Of a stretch of DNA of 64,000 nt, positions 10,862 through 20,746 are shown in pieces; position 1 is the first letter of the stretch; every line of letters starts with the position of its first letter. The stretch lies in NCBI GenBank assembly GCA_027622375.1, contig JAQCAB010000001.1:115317-179316 (forward strand). Direction: 5' to 3'. The translations under genes were made by a program, and so were the position numbers. Source of the DNA: Bacteroidota bacterium. GTDB lineage: Bacteria; Bacteroidota; Ignavibacteria; UBA10030; UBA8401. The notes beneath the pieces are model-generated. The model searched no databases. It saw nothing but the letters and a program-made list of their open reading frames with translations, and had not been told where the DNA came from.

Positions 10862-12181
10862 TTAATATTCTTCAACACCATTTTTTGTAACTTTTGCCCG
10901 AATTAGTGGTTTTAATTTTATTTTTTCAGAACCGATTGTAAAACAATTTCTCAGGTTTTCTTCAAAATGCTGATCGTTTATATCTGTATAAATTGTTGCT
11001 AAAAATTCACCTGATTTAACTTCATCTCCAATTTTTTTTGAGAAAACAATGCCAGCCTTTGGATCAATTTTGTCATTCATTGTAAGTCTTCCAGCTCCTG
11101 CAGAATTTGCAATTAACCCAACTTCTCTTGTGTTAATAGAATTTATAAATCCTGAAGTCTTTGCTGTTACAGAAAAAGTATATTTTGATTTTGGATAATT
11201 ACTTAAATCATCTAAAATTTGTAAATCTCCATTTTGCAATTTAACAATTTCCAAAAATTTTCGATAAGCTGAGCCATCTTCAATTTTTTGTTTGCATAAA
11301 TTAATTCCTTCTTCAATTGAATTTATTTTCCCGGCTAATGACAACATTTCCGCAGACAATCTAAAAGTTACATCCAATAAATCTGGGACAATTTTACCTC
11401 TTAAACATAAAACCGTTTCAACAACTTCAAGCCAATTACCAACCATTTTTCCCAATGGTTCATCCATTGAGGTAATTATTGCGATAACATTTTTATTAAA
11501 CTTATTGCCAATATTAATTAATGCTTTTGCTAATTCAATTGATTTGTGATAATCCTGAAAAATTGCACCACTTCCATATTTAATATCAAGAACTAGCGAA
11601 TCAATTCCTGAGGCAACTTTTTTACTCATAATACTTGCAGAAATTAATGGAATTGAATCGACAGTTGAAGTAACATCGCGCAAAGCATAAATCTTTTTAT
11701 CAGCTGGAACAATTTCAGATGTTTGCCCAATCATTGAAACATTTATTTCAGAAATAATTTTTTTAAATTCTTCTATTGATAAATTTGTTTTAAAGTTTGG
11801 AATTGATTCCAATTTATCTAGCGTTCCACCTGTGTGCCCCAATCCTCTTCCACTAATCATCGGGACTGTAACTCCGCAAGCAGCAACAATTGGCGCTAAC
11901 AAAAGCGAAATTTTATCACCAACTCCACCAGTTGAATGCTTATCAACTTTTGGATTTTTAATAAATGAAAGATCAATTTTTTGACCGGAATTAATGTATG
12001 CCGAAGTTAAATTAAAAGTTTCATCTTCAGTCATTCCATTAAAATAAATCGCCATTAATAAAGCTGAGATTTGATAATCGGCAATTTTATTATTGCAATA
12101 TTCTCTAATAATAAAATTTATTTCTTCTGCTGTTAACTCAAAATTATTTCTTTTTTTGCGGATTATTTCAACAGCATTCAT
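10862..12181 (-). CDS. Pyrimidine-nucleoside (thymidine) phosphorylase
   Basis: The motifs DKHSTGGVGDK and SGRGLGHTGGTLDKLESIPNF are present, and the glycosyltransferase-family-3 N-terminus matches. Confidence 0.9.
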   Translation of the reverse strand: MNAVEIIRKKRNNFELTAEEINFIIREYCNNKIADYQISALLMAIYFNGMTEDETFNLTSAYINSGQKIDLSFIKNPKVDKHSTGGVGDKISLLLAPIVAACGVTVPMISGRGLGHTGGTLDKLESIPNFKTNLSIEEFKKIISEINVSMIGQTSEIVPADKKIYALRDVTSTVDSIPLISASIMSKKVASGIDSLVLDIKYGSGAIFQDYHKSIELAKALINIGNKFNKNVIAIITSMDEPLGKMVGNWLEVVETVLCLRGKIVPDLLDVTFRLSAEMLSLAGKINSIEEGINLCKQKIEDGSAYRKFLEIVKLQNGDLQILDDLSNYPKSKYTFSVTAKTSGFINSINTREVGLIANSAGAGRLTMNDKIDPKAGIVFSKKIGDEVKSGEFLATIYTDINDQHFEENLRNCFTIGSEKIKLKPLIRAKVTKNGVEEY

Positions 12182-12840
12182 TTTATTAAATATGTAATTA
12201 ATTCAAGTGGATTGTTAATAATTATATCTGGATTAAATTTTTGCAATTCTTCAAAATTCATTGCACCCCATGTTACTCCGCAAGTTGAAATTTCAGAATT
12301 TTTACCAACTAAAATATCTTTATCTGTATCTCCAACAATAATAGTTTCTTCATTTTTCCAATTTTGTTTTTCAAGAATTAAATTAATTATTGTGGGGTTT
12401 GGTTTAAATGGAATATTATCAGAACCCTGTATTTGAGAAAAGTAATTTGTTATTCCAAAATGATTTGTTGCTCTGAGAGCGCCACTACCACGTTTTGTAG
12501 TAGCAATTGCCATTTTAAAATTATTTTGACTTAAAATATTTAATAAATCAAAGACTGACGGAAAGAGAGTTGTGGTTTTTAAAGAATTGGGGACATAATA
12601 TTCTGTATATTTTTCAGATGCTTCATCAAGTTTAGAATGCAATTCAAGTGGAAGCAAGCTTGAAAAAGTTTCATGTAATGATTTCCCAATATGTGGATAT
12701 AATTCATTTTCTGAAATATTATTTATTCCGTAATCTTGAAGGACTAGTAATTGTGCTGTGGCAATATCTTTTTTAGAATCAACAATTGTTCCGTCTAAAT
12801 CAAAAATAATATTTCGGATATTGAAAAATGTTTTTTGCAA
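12178..12840 (-). CDS. HAD-IA family hydrolase (phosphatase)
   Basis: HAD motif I (IIFDLDGTIVDS) and a later GDTDKD motif are present. The 3' end overlaps the upstream gene by 4 bp. Confidence 0.7.
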   Translation of the reverse strand: MQKTFFNIRNIIFDLDGTIVDSKKDIATAQLLVLQDYGINNISENELYPHIGKSLHETFSSLLPLELHSKLDEASEKYTEYYVPNSLKTTTLFPSVFDLLNILSQNNFKMAIATTKRGSGALRATNHFGITNYFSQIQGSDNIPFKPNPTIINLILEKQNWKNEETIIVGDTDKDILVGKNSEISTCGVTWGAMNFEELQKFNPDIIINNPLELITYLIK

Positions 12841-12843
12841 TTT

Positions 12844-13032
12844 TTAGTATTCAATTTTAATTGTGAATTGCTTTTTACATTTTTTGCATTCAACTTCAAC
12901 AGTAACCCAATTGTTTCTTTCGTAATATGATAATTCAATTAATTTACCGCTGCAGTTTTTTGAAATGCATTCTTGAAAATTAATTTTATAATTACGATCA
13001 GTTAGATTTTTATTATTTTTTTCTATCATCAA
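12844..13032 (-). CDS. Small zinc-ribbon-like protein
   Basis: 62 aa with two Cys pairs (CISKNC ... CKKCKK). It sits tightly between the MscS and HAD genes. Confidence 0.35.
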   Translation of the reverse strand: MMIEKNNKNLTDRNYKINFQECISKNCSGKLIELSYYERNNWVTVEVECKKCKKQFTIKIEY

Positions 13033-13034
13033 AA

Positions 13035-14114
13035 TTATTTTGTCTGCGATGTGGCAAGTTTAATATTATTTAATCTCATTGACTCATAAATTTGATAACG
13101 TAATCTATCAGCAACTTTTGCTTGAGATTTAACAGTTGCAACTCTTCCAACAACTCTAAATTGCAAACCAATATCAGAAAGTTTAATTAAGAAAACTCCT
13201 GGTTCTGGTTTTGATAAAAACTCAGTCTCATTTCTCAAAATATTTAAAAGTAAATCTTTTACTTTATGGCTATCACTATCAAATTGAACTGTAAAATCAA
13301 CAACAACTCTTGTTTCTTCTTGTGGTGCTATAAAATTTACAATTCTAGTTTTTACAAGTTCAGCATTCGGTATAACAACTAAATTATTATCAAAATCCAA
13401 AATTTTTGTAGAGCGAACTCCAATTTCATAAACATCACCTTCTTCTCCAGACTGAAGTTTAATTCTATCACCAATTTTAAATGGTCTGTCAATCATAATT
13501 GTATAGCCCGCAATTATATTTGCAATTGTATCTTGTGAAGCAAAACCGATTGCTAGCGAACCGATACCAAGTATTGTTAGAACACTTGTAATATTTTGTC
13601 CAAACAAATCAAGAATAATAATTATTGATATCGCACTTGCGATGATAGTAACAACGCGTTTAATTAAAATTGTTTGCGCTCGATCGTAAGTAGTTTTATT
13701 TCTAAGTGCGGTTGAAATTAAACTTTGCCTTGTTAATAAATTTATTCCACGAACAATTGCCGTTGCAATTATAATTGTTAAAAGTGACAATACAATTTTA
13801 TCTATAAAATCTATCGTTTTGTAAAATGCTGTTCGGTGAGATAAAGTATCAATAATTGCTTGAAGCGAAATATATAAACCTATAATTAACGAAAGCGAAA
13901 CATCGTGGCTTAAAATAGTTTCAACTATTTTATCATCAATTGTAGTTTTTGTGCTTCTTGTAATTTGTTTGCCGATTCTGCGTAAAATTATTTTTATAAT
14001 TTTACCGGCAATTAAAGTTAAAAGTATAATTAAAATTGTATTTGAAATATAGAACGACAATCCCATTCCAAAATATTGCAATAACTTTCCACTTAAATAA
14101 TTATAGATTTGCAT
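13035..14114 (-). CDS. MscS-family mechanosensitive ion channel
   Basis: It has N-terminal TM helices and the MscS beta-domain signature IMIDRPFKIGDRIKLQSGEEGDVYEIGVRSTKI. Confidence 0.75.
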   Translation of the reverse strand: MQIYNYLSGKLLQYFGMGLSFYISNTILIILLTLIAGKIIKIILRRIGKQITRSTKTTIDDKIVETILSHDVSLSLIIGLYISLQAIIDTLSHRTAFYKTIDFIDKIVLSLLTIIIATAIVRGINLLTRQSLISTALRNKTTYDRAQTILIKRVVTIIASAISIIIILDLFGQNITSVLTILGIGSLAIGFASQDTIANIIAGYTIMIDRPFKIGDRIKLQSGEEGDVYEIGVRSTKILDFDNNLVVIPNAELVKTRIVNFIAPQEETRVVVDFTVQFDSDSHKVKDLLLNILRNETEFLSKPEPGVFLIKLSDIGLQFRVVGRVATVKSQAKVADRLRYQIYESMRLNNIKLATSQTK

Positions 14115-14115
14115 T

Positions 14116-14706
14116 TTATACTTTTAAATTTCTACTTCCTGGTTTTGTAATGGGAATATTTTTTTTACAAAGTGGGCAATTTGCTGGATCATAAGTTACA
14201 ACTTCCATATTTAACAAATTAAAATATTTTGAATCAAATTTAATTTTTCCATTACTTCGATCTACAATTGATGCAACGCCAATCACTTCGGCATTAAAAT
14301 TTTTAACAATTGAAATTACTTCATTTATCGAACCACCTGTTGTAATTACATCTTCAATTACTAAAACTCTTTCGCCATGTTTTAATTCAAAACCTCTACG
14401 TAGCTTCATTTCTCCATTTTCACGTTCGGTAAAAATAGTGCGCGCTGCTAATAATCTACCAACTTCAGTACCAACAACAATTCCACCAACAGCGGGTGAA
14501 ATTACAACTTCAACTTCTTTTAAGTGAAATGAATTTGCAATTGCGATTGAAAATAAAGTCAAATATTTTGGATACTGTAAAACTTTTGCGCATTGAAAAT
14601 AATTTGGGCTATGCAATCCAGATGTTAAAACAAAGTGGCCATCTAATAATGCATGTGTAGATTCAAAAATATTTTTTGTTGTTTCGTTAGATAAATGGAT
14701 GCTCAT
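14116..14706 (-). CDS. pyrE: Orotate phosphoribosyltransferase
   Basis: The PRPP-binding motif VLVIEDVITTGGS is present, with an N-terminal HALLDGHFVLTSGLHSPNYFQCAKVLQ typical of PyrE. Confidence 0.8.
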   Translation of the reverse strand: MSIHLSNETTKNIFESTHALLDGHFVLTSGLHSPNYFQCAKVLQYPKYLTLFSIAIANSFHLKEVEVVISPAVGGIVVGTEVGRLLAARTIFTERENGEMKLRRGFELKHGERVLVIEDVITTGGSINEVISIVKNFNAEVIGVASIVDRSNGKIKFDSKYFNLLNMEVVTYDPANCPLCKKNIPITKPGSRNLKV

Positions 14707-14712
14707 TTTAAT

Positions 14713-15039
14713 TTACCATTCATCTTCAATTTCTTCTAACTCTTCTTCCATTTCTTGTTTTGGTTTTTTTTCTCCTACCAATTCAGCAACTTCAATTCCT
14801 TTACGATATGTTTTTTTTGCAAGATCTGTTCTATTTAAATAAACATAAATTTGTCCCAATTGATGATATGCTGCAACATATTTTGAGTCCCGTTCAATTA
14901 ATTCAGTTAATAAATTTATTGCGGTTTGATAATCATTTAAACTTTTAAACTCTAATGCAAGCGCATATCTTGTAAAAGAATCATTTGGGTCTTTTTCTAA
15001 AATTAAAACTAATTTTTCTATTCTGGGATTTGTTTTCAT
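14713..15039 (-). CDS. TPR-repeat protein with an acidic C-terminal tail
   Basis: TPR-like helical repeats are followed by EMEEELEEIEDEW. Confidence 0.5.
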   Translation of the reverse strand: MKTNPRIEKLVLILEKDPNDSFTRYALALEFKSLNDYQTAINLLTELIERDSKYVAAYHQLGQIYVYLNRTDLAKKTYRKGIEVAELVGEKKPKQEMEEELEEIEDEW

Positions 15040-15100
15040 TTAATTTAAGATGAACAAACTTGCTTAAACATTTGTTACTCTGCAAGTTTTGTTAAAAAAA

Positions 15101-16156
15101 TTATTTTACAATTATACTTTTTTCTTGCAATTCAATAATTTCGCCAATTTTACAAAGTGTTATCAATTGTTTAATTGAATTAGAAGATTTCACAAATTTT
15201 AAAAATTCAGTTTCTTTTTCTTTTTTGATTGTAAATAATAAACCACCATTTGTTTGTGGATCAGATATAATAGTTTGACACATTTGTGAAATAGGACTTA
15301 TCTTATTTCCATAACTTTGCCAATTTCTGTTTGAACCTCCCGGTATCGAGTTTTGTTTAATATATTTGTTTAAATCGCAAATCAGTGGGATTTTATTTTC
15401 ATAAATAATTGCTGATTTTTTTGAACCTTCACAAATTTCAATTAAATGTCCAGCCAAACCAAAACCTGTTACATCGGTCATTGAAGTTATAAAATCTAAA
15501 TTACCGAGAGTCTCACCAAAACTATTTAATTTCAACATACTTCTATGAGCAAGCAATTTATCTTTTTCAGAAATAATTCCTTTTTTTTCTGCAGTGGATA
15601 AAATACCAACACCAATCTTTTTTGTTAAATATATTTGGTCACCAATATTTGCAGTTGAATTCTTTTTTATATTTTTTAAATCACAAATTCCATTTACAGC
15701 TAAACCAAAAATCGGTTCAATAGTATCAATTGTATGCCCTCCTGCAAGTGGGATATTTATTTTTTCACAAATATTTTTTGCTCCCTCAATTACTTTTGCA
15801 GCAACTTCAACAGGGAGTTTTGAAATTGGCCAACCTAAAATTGCTAATGCAAAAATTGGTTTCCCTCCCATTGCATAAACATCACTAATTGCATTTGCCG
15901 AAGCAATTTGGCCAAATAAAAATGGATCATCCACAATTGGTGTAAAAAAATCGGTTGTTGAAATCAAAGCAGTTCCGTTTTTTAAATCGTAAACCGCCGC
16001 ATCATCTTTTGTTGAGTTACCAACAATTAATTCCTTAAATAATTTTTTTGAATTATTTTTTCCGATAATTTCTTCCAAAAGTTGCGGAGAAATTTTGCAA
16101 CCACAACCAGCACCGTGAGAAAATGATGTAAGTTTAACTTTCAGTTTCTTTAACAT
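15101..16156 (-). CDS. selD: Selenide, water dikinase (selenophosphate synthetase), Cys-type
   Basis: The N-terminal SHGAGCGCKISP is nearly identical to the E. coli SelD active-site loop. An AIR-synthase-like fold follows. The start overlaps the selU stop by 23 bp. Confidence 0.9.
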   Translation of the reverse strand: MLKKLKVKLTSFSHGAGCGCKISPQLLEEIIGKNNSKKLFKELIVGNSTKDDAAVYDLKNGTALISTTDFFTPIVDDPFLFGQIASANAISDVYAMGGKPIFALAILGWPISKLPVEVAAKVIEGAKNICEKINIPLAGGHTIDTIEPIFGLAVNGICDLKNIKKNSTANIGDQIYLTKKIGVGILSTAEKKGIISEKDKLLAHRSMLKLNSFGETLGNLDFITSMTDVTGFGLAGHLIEICEGSKKSAIIYENKIPLICDLNKYIKQNSIPGGSNRNWQSYGNKISPISQMCQTIISDPQTNGGLLFTIKKEKETEFLKFVKSSNSIKQLITLCKIGEIIELQEKSIIVK

Positions 16157-17174
16157 GTATTTTTATTGATTTTATAATTTCATCTTCAGTAACTTTTAAA
16201 TCTGAAAATATTAATTTTGTTACAAACCTTTGATCTCGAAACTGTAAACCTTTATTGTAAAGTTTATCGTAATATTTTAATGCAACATCGGCTGCCTCAT
16301 AATAATTGTCATTTTCAATAAATTGTAATGCAGATAATGTTTTTTCGCTGCCTAATTTTTTTTTCAATTTTAAGAATGAATTTGAAAGTTCGTTTTTTGA
16401 AAATCCACCATATCCCTTTACAAGTTTTTGCAATCTAACTTCTTTTGGCAAATCAACAAAAAATAATTTTGCTGAGCGAATTTGTTTCCACAAATTTTCA
16501 GGAATAACTAAACGTCCGGTTAACTTACTTTCATCTTCAATAAAAATTTGTTTTGTTTCATCTAATTTACAAAACTCAAAAACAAGTTCGTTTTCAAATT
16601 GCTCTTGTGTCGGAAAAATTTTTGTTCCAACTCCACCAAATGCAGAACCACGATGATTTGCAATTTTTTCAATATCAATAATTTGTTTACCGATTTTTTT
16701 TAATTTTTGAAGTAATTCGGTTTTACCTGTTCCTGTATATCCACCAATTATAATTAAATCAAATTTTTTGTTAAAATAATTAATTACAAAATTTCTGTAA
16801 GATTTATACCCTTTTTCTAATCTAACTGTTTGAATATTTAATTTTGCTGCAAGCCATTCAATTGATTTACTTCTCATCCCTCCACGCCAGCAATAAATAC
16901 AAATTTTATTATTTGTTTTTGCAGCATTTATTAATTCAGTTGTGAGAGAGTCTATTTTCTCAGAAACAAATCTTATTCCGGTAAGAGTTGCTTGTTCTTT
17001 CCCTTTTTTCTTGTAAAGAGTGCCAACAACCTCTCTTTCTTTATCAGTAAAAATTGGAATATTAATTGAACCCGGAATATTCCCTTTCTTAAATTCAAGT
17101 GGAGATCTTGTATCTACTATTGAATATTTTTTCCCTTTAATTAAAAAATCATTTATCAAAATTGTTTCGGGCAT
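16134..17174 (-). CDS. selU: tRNA 2-selenouridine synthase (MnmH/YbbB)
   Basis: It has an N-terminal rhodanese domain with the active-site CWRGGMRS, then a P-loop GGYTGTGKTE. Confidence 0.85.
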   Translation of the reverse strand: MPETILINDFLIKGKKYSIVDTRSPLEFKKGNIPGSINIPIFTDKEREVVGTLYKKKGKEQATLTGIRFVSEKIDSLTTELINAAKTNNKICIYCWRGGMRSKSIEWLAAKLNIQTVRLEKGYKSYRNFVINYFNKKFDLIIIGGYTGTGKTELLQKLKKIGKQIIDIEKIANHRGSAFGGVGTKIFPTQEQFENELVFEFCKLDETKQIFIEDESKLTGRLVIPENLWKQIRSAKLFFVDLPKEVRLQKLVKGYGGFSKNELSNSFLKLKKKLGSEKTLSALQFIENDNYYEAADVALKYYDKLYNKGLQFRDQRFVTKLIFSDLKVTEDEIIKSIKIHVKETES

Positions 17175-17181
17175 TCATTAA

Positions 17182-18384
17182 TTATTTCAATTTTTTAAGA
17201 GATTGATTAAAGTCATTTATTAAATCATCAATATTTTCAACACCAACAGAAATTCTGACCATTCCTCCAGTAACTCCATGCTCGTTTAATTCTTCATCAG
17301 TTAAATTTATATGAGTAGAATAAACTGAAATGCTTACTAAAGTTTCAACTCCTCCTAGTGACATTGCATTAATTGCAATATTTAATGAGTCAACAAATTT
17401 TACAGCATTTTTTACTCCACCTTTTACTACAATAGTTACAACGCCACCACCTGCTTTCATCTGTTTTTTTGCAATTGCATAATCAGGATGTGAATTTAAA
17501 AATGGATAAATTACTTTTTCAACTTTTTTATTTTTTGAAAGTATTTCGGCAAGTTTTAATGCATTCGAGTTACACCTTTCAACACGCAATTCAAAAGTTG
17601 ATAAACTTCTGCCAAGTAAAAATGCCATAAATGGATCTGCAGTTCCACCAAAATATTTGCTTTTTAGTTTTATTTTTGAAATTAATTTTGAGTTTCCAAA
17701 AACAACACCAGCAAGTAAATCGCTATGACCACCCAAAAATTTTGTTGCGCTTTCAACTACAATATCAACACCAAGTTTAAGTGGATTTTGATTTACAAAA
17801 GTTCCAAAGGTGTTATCAATTATTGTAATGATTTTTATTTTTAATTTTTTTTCTTGAATTCGAACAATATTAATTAACACTTCAATATCAACTAATGATA
17901 AAGTTGGATTTGTTGGAGATTCAAAATAAATTATTTTTGTTTTTTTAGATATTTTATTTCCCAATTCCATTAAGTCTGAATTGCTAAAATATTTTACATC
18001 TATTTTCATCTTATTAAGATGATCTCTAAAATATCGATACGTTCCTCCATACAAACTATTTAGTGCAAGTATTTCATCACCGGAATTTGCAAATGTGTGT
18101 ATTGTAGTTGTAATTGCAGCCATCCCTGATGCAAACAAAATTGAATTATCACAATTTGCAATTGCAGCAAGTTTTTGTTCTGTATCTTCTATTGTGGGAT
18201 TTTTGTAACGGGTATAAATATAAACCGAGTCATCTCCATTTGCATATTTTATCGCATCTCTCGAATCTTCAAATCTAAAATTTGAAGTTTGATAAATCGG
18301 CATTGAAACTGGCCCTCTTCGAGGTCCAAATTTTATGCCATGAATAGAACGTGTTGCAATTAAAGGGTTTAATTTTTTTTTCAC
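17182..18384 (-). CDS. Cys/Met-metabolism PLP-dependent enzyme (cystathionine gamma-synthase/lyase or methionine gamma-lyase family)
   Basis: PF01053-type signatures are present: YTRYKNPT and the PLP-lysine region ESATKFLGGHSDLLAGVV. It ends 7 bp upstream of selU. Confidence 0.85.
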   Translation of the reverse strand: MKKKLNPLIATRSIHGIKFGPRRGPVSMPIYQTSNFRFEDSRDAIKYANGDDSVYIYTRYKNPTIEDTEQKLAAIANCDNSILFASGMAAITTTIHTFANSGDEILALNSLYGGTYRYFRDHLNKMKIDVKYFSNSDLMELGNKISKKTKIIYFESPTNPTLSLVDIEVLINIVRIQEKKLKIKIITIIDNTFGTFVNQNPLKLGVDIVVESATKFLGGHSDLLAGVVFGNSKLISKIKLKSKYFGGTADPFMAFLLGRSLSTFELRVERCNSNALKLAEILSKNKKVEKVIYPFLNSHPDYAIAKKQMKAGGGVVTIVVKGGVKNAVKFVDSLNIAINAMSLGGVETLVSISVYSTHINLTDEELNEHGVTGGMVRISVGVENIDDLINDFNQSLKKLK

Positions 18385-18499
18385 TTCATTATTTTTTAAA
18401 TATCGTAATTTAAATCAATTAAATAAAATAATATAAAACACTCAATTTTAATTTTACAATCATTAAAAATATGAGTAATTTCCAATCTAACTAATTATA

Positions 18500-19006
18500 A
18501 TGAAGCTTAATAAATTTATACTTTTATTTTTACCGATTTTTCTTATTGCTTTTAATTGCAATGAAACAACCTCAAAAAATTCAAACTTACCAACTTTTTT
18601 TGTTACCGAGAATTCTAAAAAAATAACTTTTGCTGAATTCGCAAAAGATAATGTAGTTTTTGTAAATTTTTGGGCAACATGGTGCGCTCCTTGTATTGAT
18701 GAAATCCCCGATATAATTCAACTTTCAAATGAGTATAAAAATAAAAATGTTAAATTTTTGGGAATATCGATTGACGAAGGAAGTGATGCTATACAATTAG
18801 TTGAAGAATTCAAAACCCAATATAAAATCCCATACACGATTATTATAGATAAAAATCAAGAAATTCAGAAAGCTTTTGGTGGAATGCGCGGAATACCAAC
18901 TACATTTATAATTGCTAAAAATGGTAAAATTACAGATAAATTATTAGGTTTAAGATCAAAAGAAGTTTTTGCTGGTGTAATAAACAAGGCTATTAATATA
19001 AAATAA
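18500..19006 (+). CDS. TlpA/ResA-like thiol:disulfide oxidoreductase (thioredoxin fold), secreted
   Basis: It has a signal peptide and the motif WATWCAPC. Confidence 0.75.
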   Translation: MKLNKFILLFLPIFLIAFNCNETTSKNSNLPTFFVTENSKKITFAEFAKDNVVFVNFWATWCAPCIDEIPDIIQLSNEYKNKNVKFLGISIDEGSDAIQLVEEFKTQYKIPYTIIIDKNQEIQKAFGGMRGIPTTFIIAKNGKITDKLLGLRSKEVFAGVINKAINIK

Positions 19007-19043
19007 TTTTAAACTTTTCAAGCTTAACGATCGTCTTAAAACT

Positions 19044-20744
19044 ATGGGAGATCAAATTGTAAAAAATCGTAAAGTTACTCCCGTTGATACTTCCAAAGAT
19101 TTAGTTTATAGGTTTGCGAATAAATCTATCCCAAATTTAGAACGAACAAAAGCTGGACTTGAACCATATTCTGGGGCTTGGGGAACTGTACAAATTCTAC
19201 ATTTCTTAAGAAGAACAACTTTTAATCCAAATCTTGATAATATTGCTTTTTTAAAAAATAAAACTTTAAAGCAATCTGTTGAATTATTATTAAACAGTTC
19301 AAGTATGCCAGAGCCTCCTGTTAAACATTATACTTTAGATGATACAGAACTTGCAATTGGTGAAACTTGGATTAACGCACCTTATAATTATGGAATTAAT
19401 AGTGGAATAATAAATAACCAACGTAAAAATTCTCTTCGCGGTTGGATGGTGGATTTAATGCTGAGCGAGGGAATTAATATTCGGGAAAAAATGACTTTGT
19501 TTTGGTCAAATCATTTTTCAACAGAACTAAATGAATATGATGATGCGCGATCTGGATATATTATTAATAAAATCTGTCGAGAAAACGCACTTGGAAATTT
19601 TAAATCCTTAGTAAAACAGATAACATTAACTCCGGCAATGCTTAGATATTTAAATGGATATTTAAATTCAGCAACTGCACCGGATGAAAATTATTCAAGA
19701 GAACTTCAAGAATTATTCACACTTGGAAAAGGTCCTGATTCAAAATATTCTGAAGAAGATGTAAAAGCAGCAGCAAAAGTTTTAACTGGATGGAGAATTA
19801 ATAATACAGTTAACCCTCAAGCTACTTTTTATGATAATTCGCGGCATGATAAAACAAATAAACAATTTTCCAGTTTTTATAATAATACCATAATAGTTGG
19901 AAAAAATTCGTCAACAGCTGGTAATGATGAACTTGATGATTTACTAAATATGATTTTTGCGCAAGAAGAAGTTTCAAAATATATTTGCCGCAGATTATAT
20001 CGTTGGTTTATTTATTATGTAATTGATAATAACGCCGAAGAAAATGTTATCAAACCACTTGCAAAAATTTTTAGAGATAATAATTATACAATTAAACCAG
20101 TTTTAGATGCACTTTTTAATAGTGCTCATTTTTTTGAGTTTGTAAATATTGGTTGTCAAATTAAAAATCCAGCGGATTTATTTACAACGCTTATAAACCA
20201 ATTTTATGTTTTGCAACCTTTAAAAATAGATGTTGTTACTTACTACACAGTTTGGGTTTATTATAATGAACTGATTACATTTATGGGACAGAAATTAATG
20301 GATCCACCTGATGTTGCAGGTTGGCCTGCTTATTGGCAATCACCTCAATATTACGAACTTTGGATAAACTCTGTTACATATCCAAAACGTGTTCAGTTTT
20401 CAGATTCGATGATTTCAAATAATGGAATTACCCGTGGTGGATTTAAAATAGTTATTGATCCATTAATTTTAGTAAACAAATTAAATAATCCTTCTAATCC
20501 AAATTCACTTGTTGCTGAATTAGTCGAATATTTATATCCTATTGAAATCTCAAACGATCAAAAAAATTTTTTAAAAAATCAAACTTTACTCTCTGGTCAA
20601 TCAAATGATATTTATTGGAGTGATGCTTGGAACGCTTACAAATCAAATCCAACAAATGCAGCAACAAAAAAAATTGTGACTGATAGATTAATGTCACTTC
20701 TAAAATATATGATGTCCGGAATGAGTGAATATCAACTTTCATAA
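19044..20744 (+). CDS. DUF1800-family protein
   Basis: 566 aa. It has the conserved pairing and overall shape of DUF1800 (HFLRRTTF, WSNHFST). It is immediately followed by DUF1501 with a 2-bp gap, the canonical gene pair. Confidence 0.6.
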   Translation: MGDQIVKNRKVTPVDTSKDLVYRFANKSIPNLERTKAGLEPYSGAWGTVQILHFLRRTTFNPNLDNIAFLKNKTLKQSVELLLNSSSMPEPPVKHYTLDDTELAIGETWINAPYNYGINSGIINNQRKNSLRGWMVDLMLSEGINIREKMTLFWSNHFSTELNEYDDARSGYIINKICRENALGNFKSLVKQITLTPAMLRYLNGYLNSATAPDENYSRELQELFTLGKGPDSKYSEEDVKAAAKVLTGWRINNTVNPQATFYDNSRHDKTNKQFSSFYNNTIIVGKNSSTAGNDELDDLLNMIFAQEEVSKYICRRLYRWFIYYVIDNNAEENVIKPLAKIFRDNNYTIKPVLDALFNSAHFFEFVNIGCQIKNPADLFTTLINQFYVLQPLKIDVVTYYTVWVYYNELITFMGQKLMDPPDVAGWPAYWQSPQYYELWINSVTYPKRVQFSDSMISNNGITRGGFKIVIDPLILVNKLNNPSNPNSLVAELVEYLYPIEISNDQKNFLKNQTLLSGQSNDIYWSDAWNAYKSNPTNAATKKIVTDRLMSLLKYMMSGMSEYQLS

Positions 20745-20746
20745 AA

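Noticed and set aside
15054-15100. Imperfect inverted repeat (caaacttgc ... gcaagtttt) between selD and the TPR gene, considered as a terminator or attenuator
   Set aside because: The stem is imperfect, the loop is about 20 nt, and no T-tract follows on the relevant strand. Evidence is too weak to call.
18385-18499. Intergenic regions upstream of the Cys/Met PLP enzyme and of the metK operon (32273..32365) inspected for a SAM (S-box) riboswitch
   Set aside because: Both are about 85% A+T, with no GC-rich paired elements or kink-turn-like conserved blocks. There is no support for a riboswitch.
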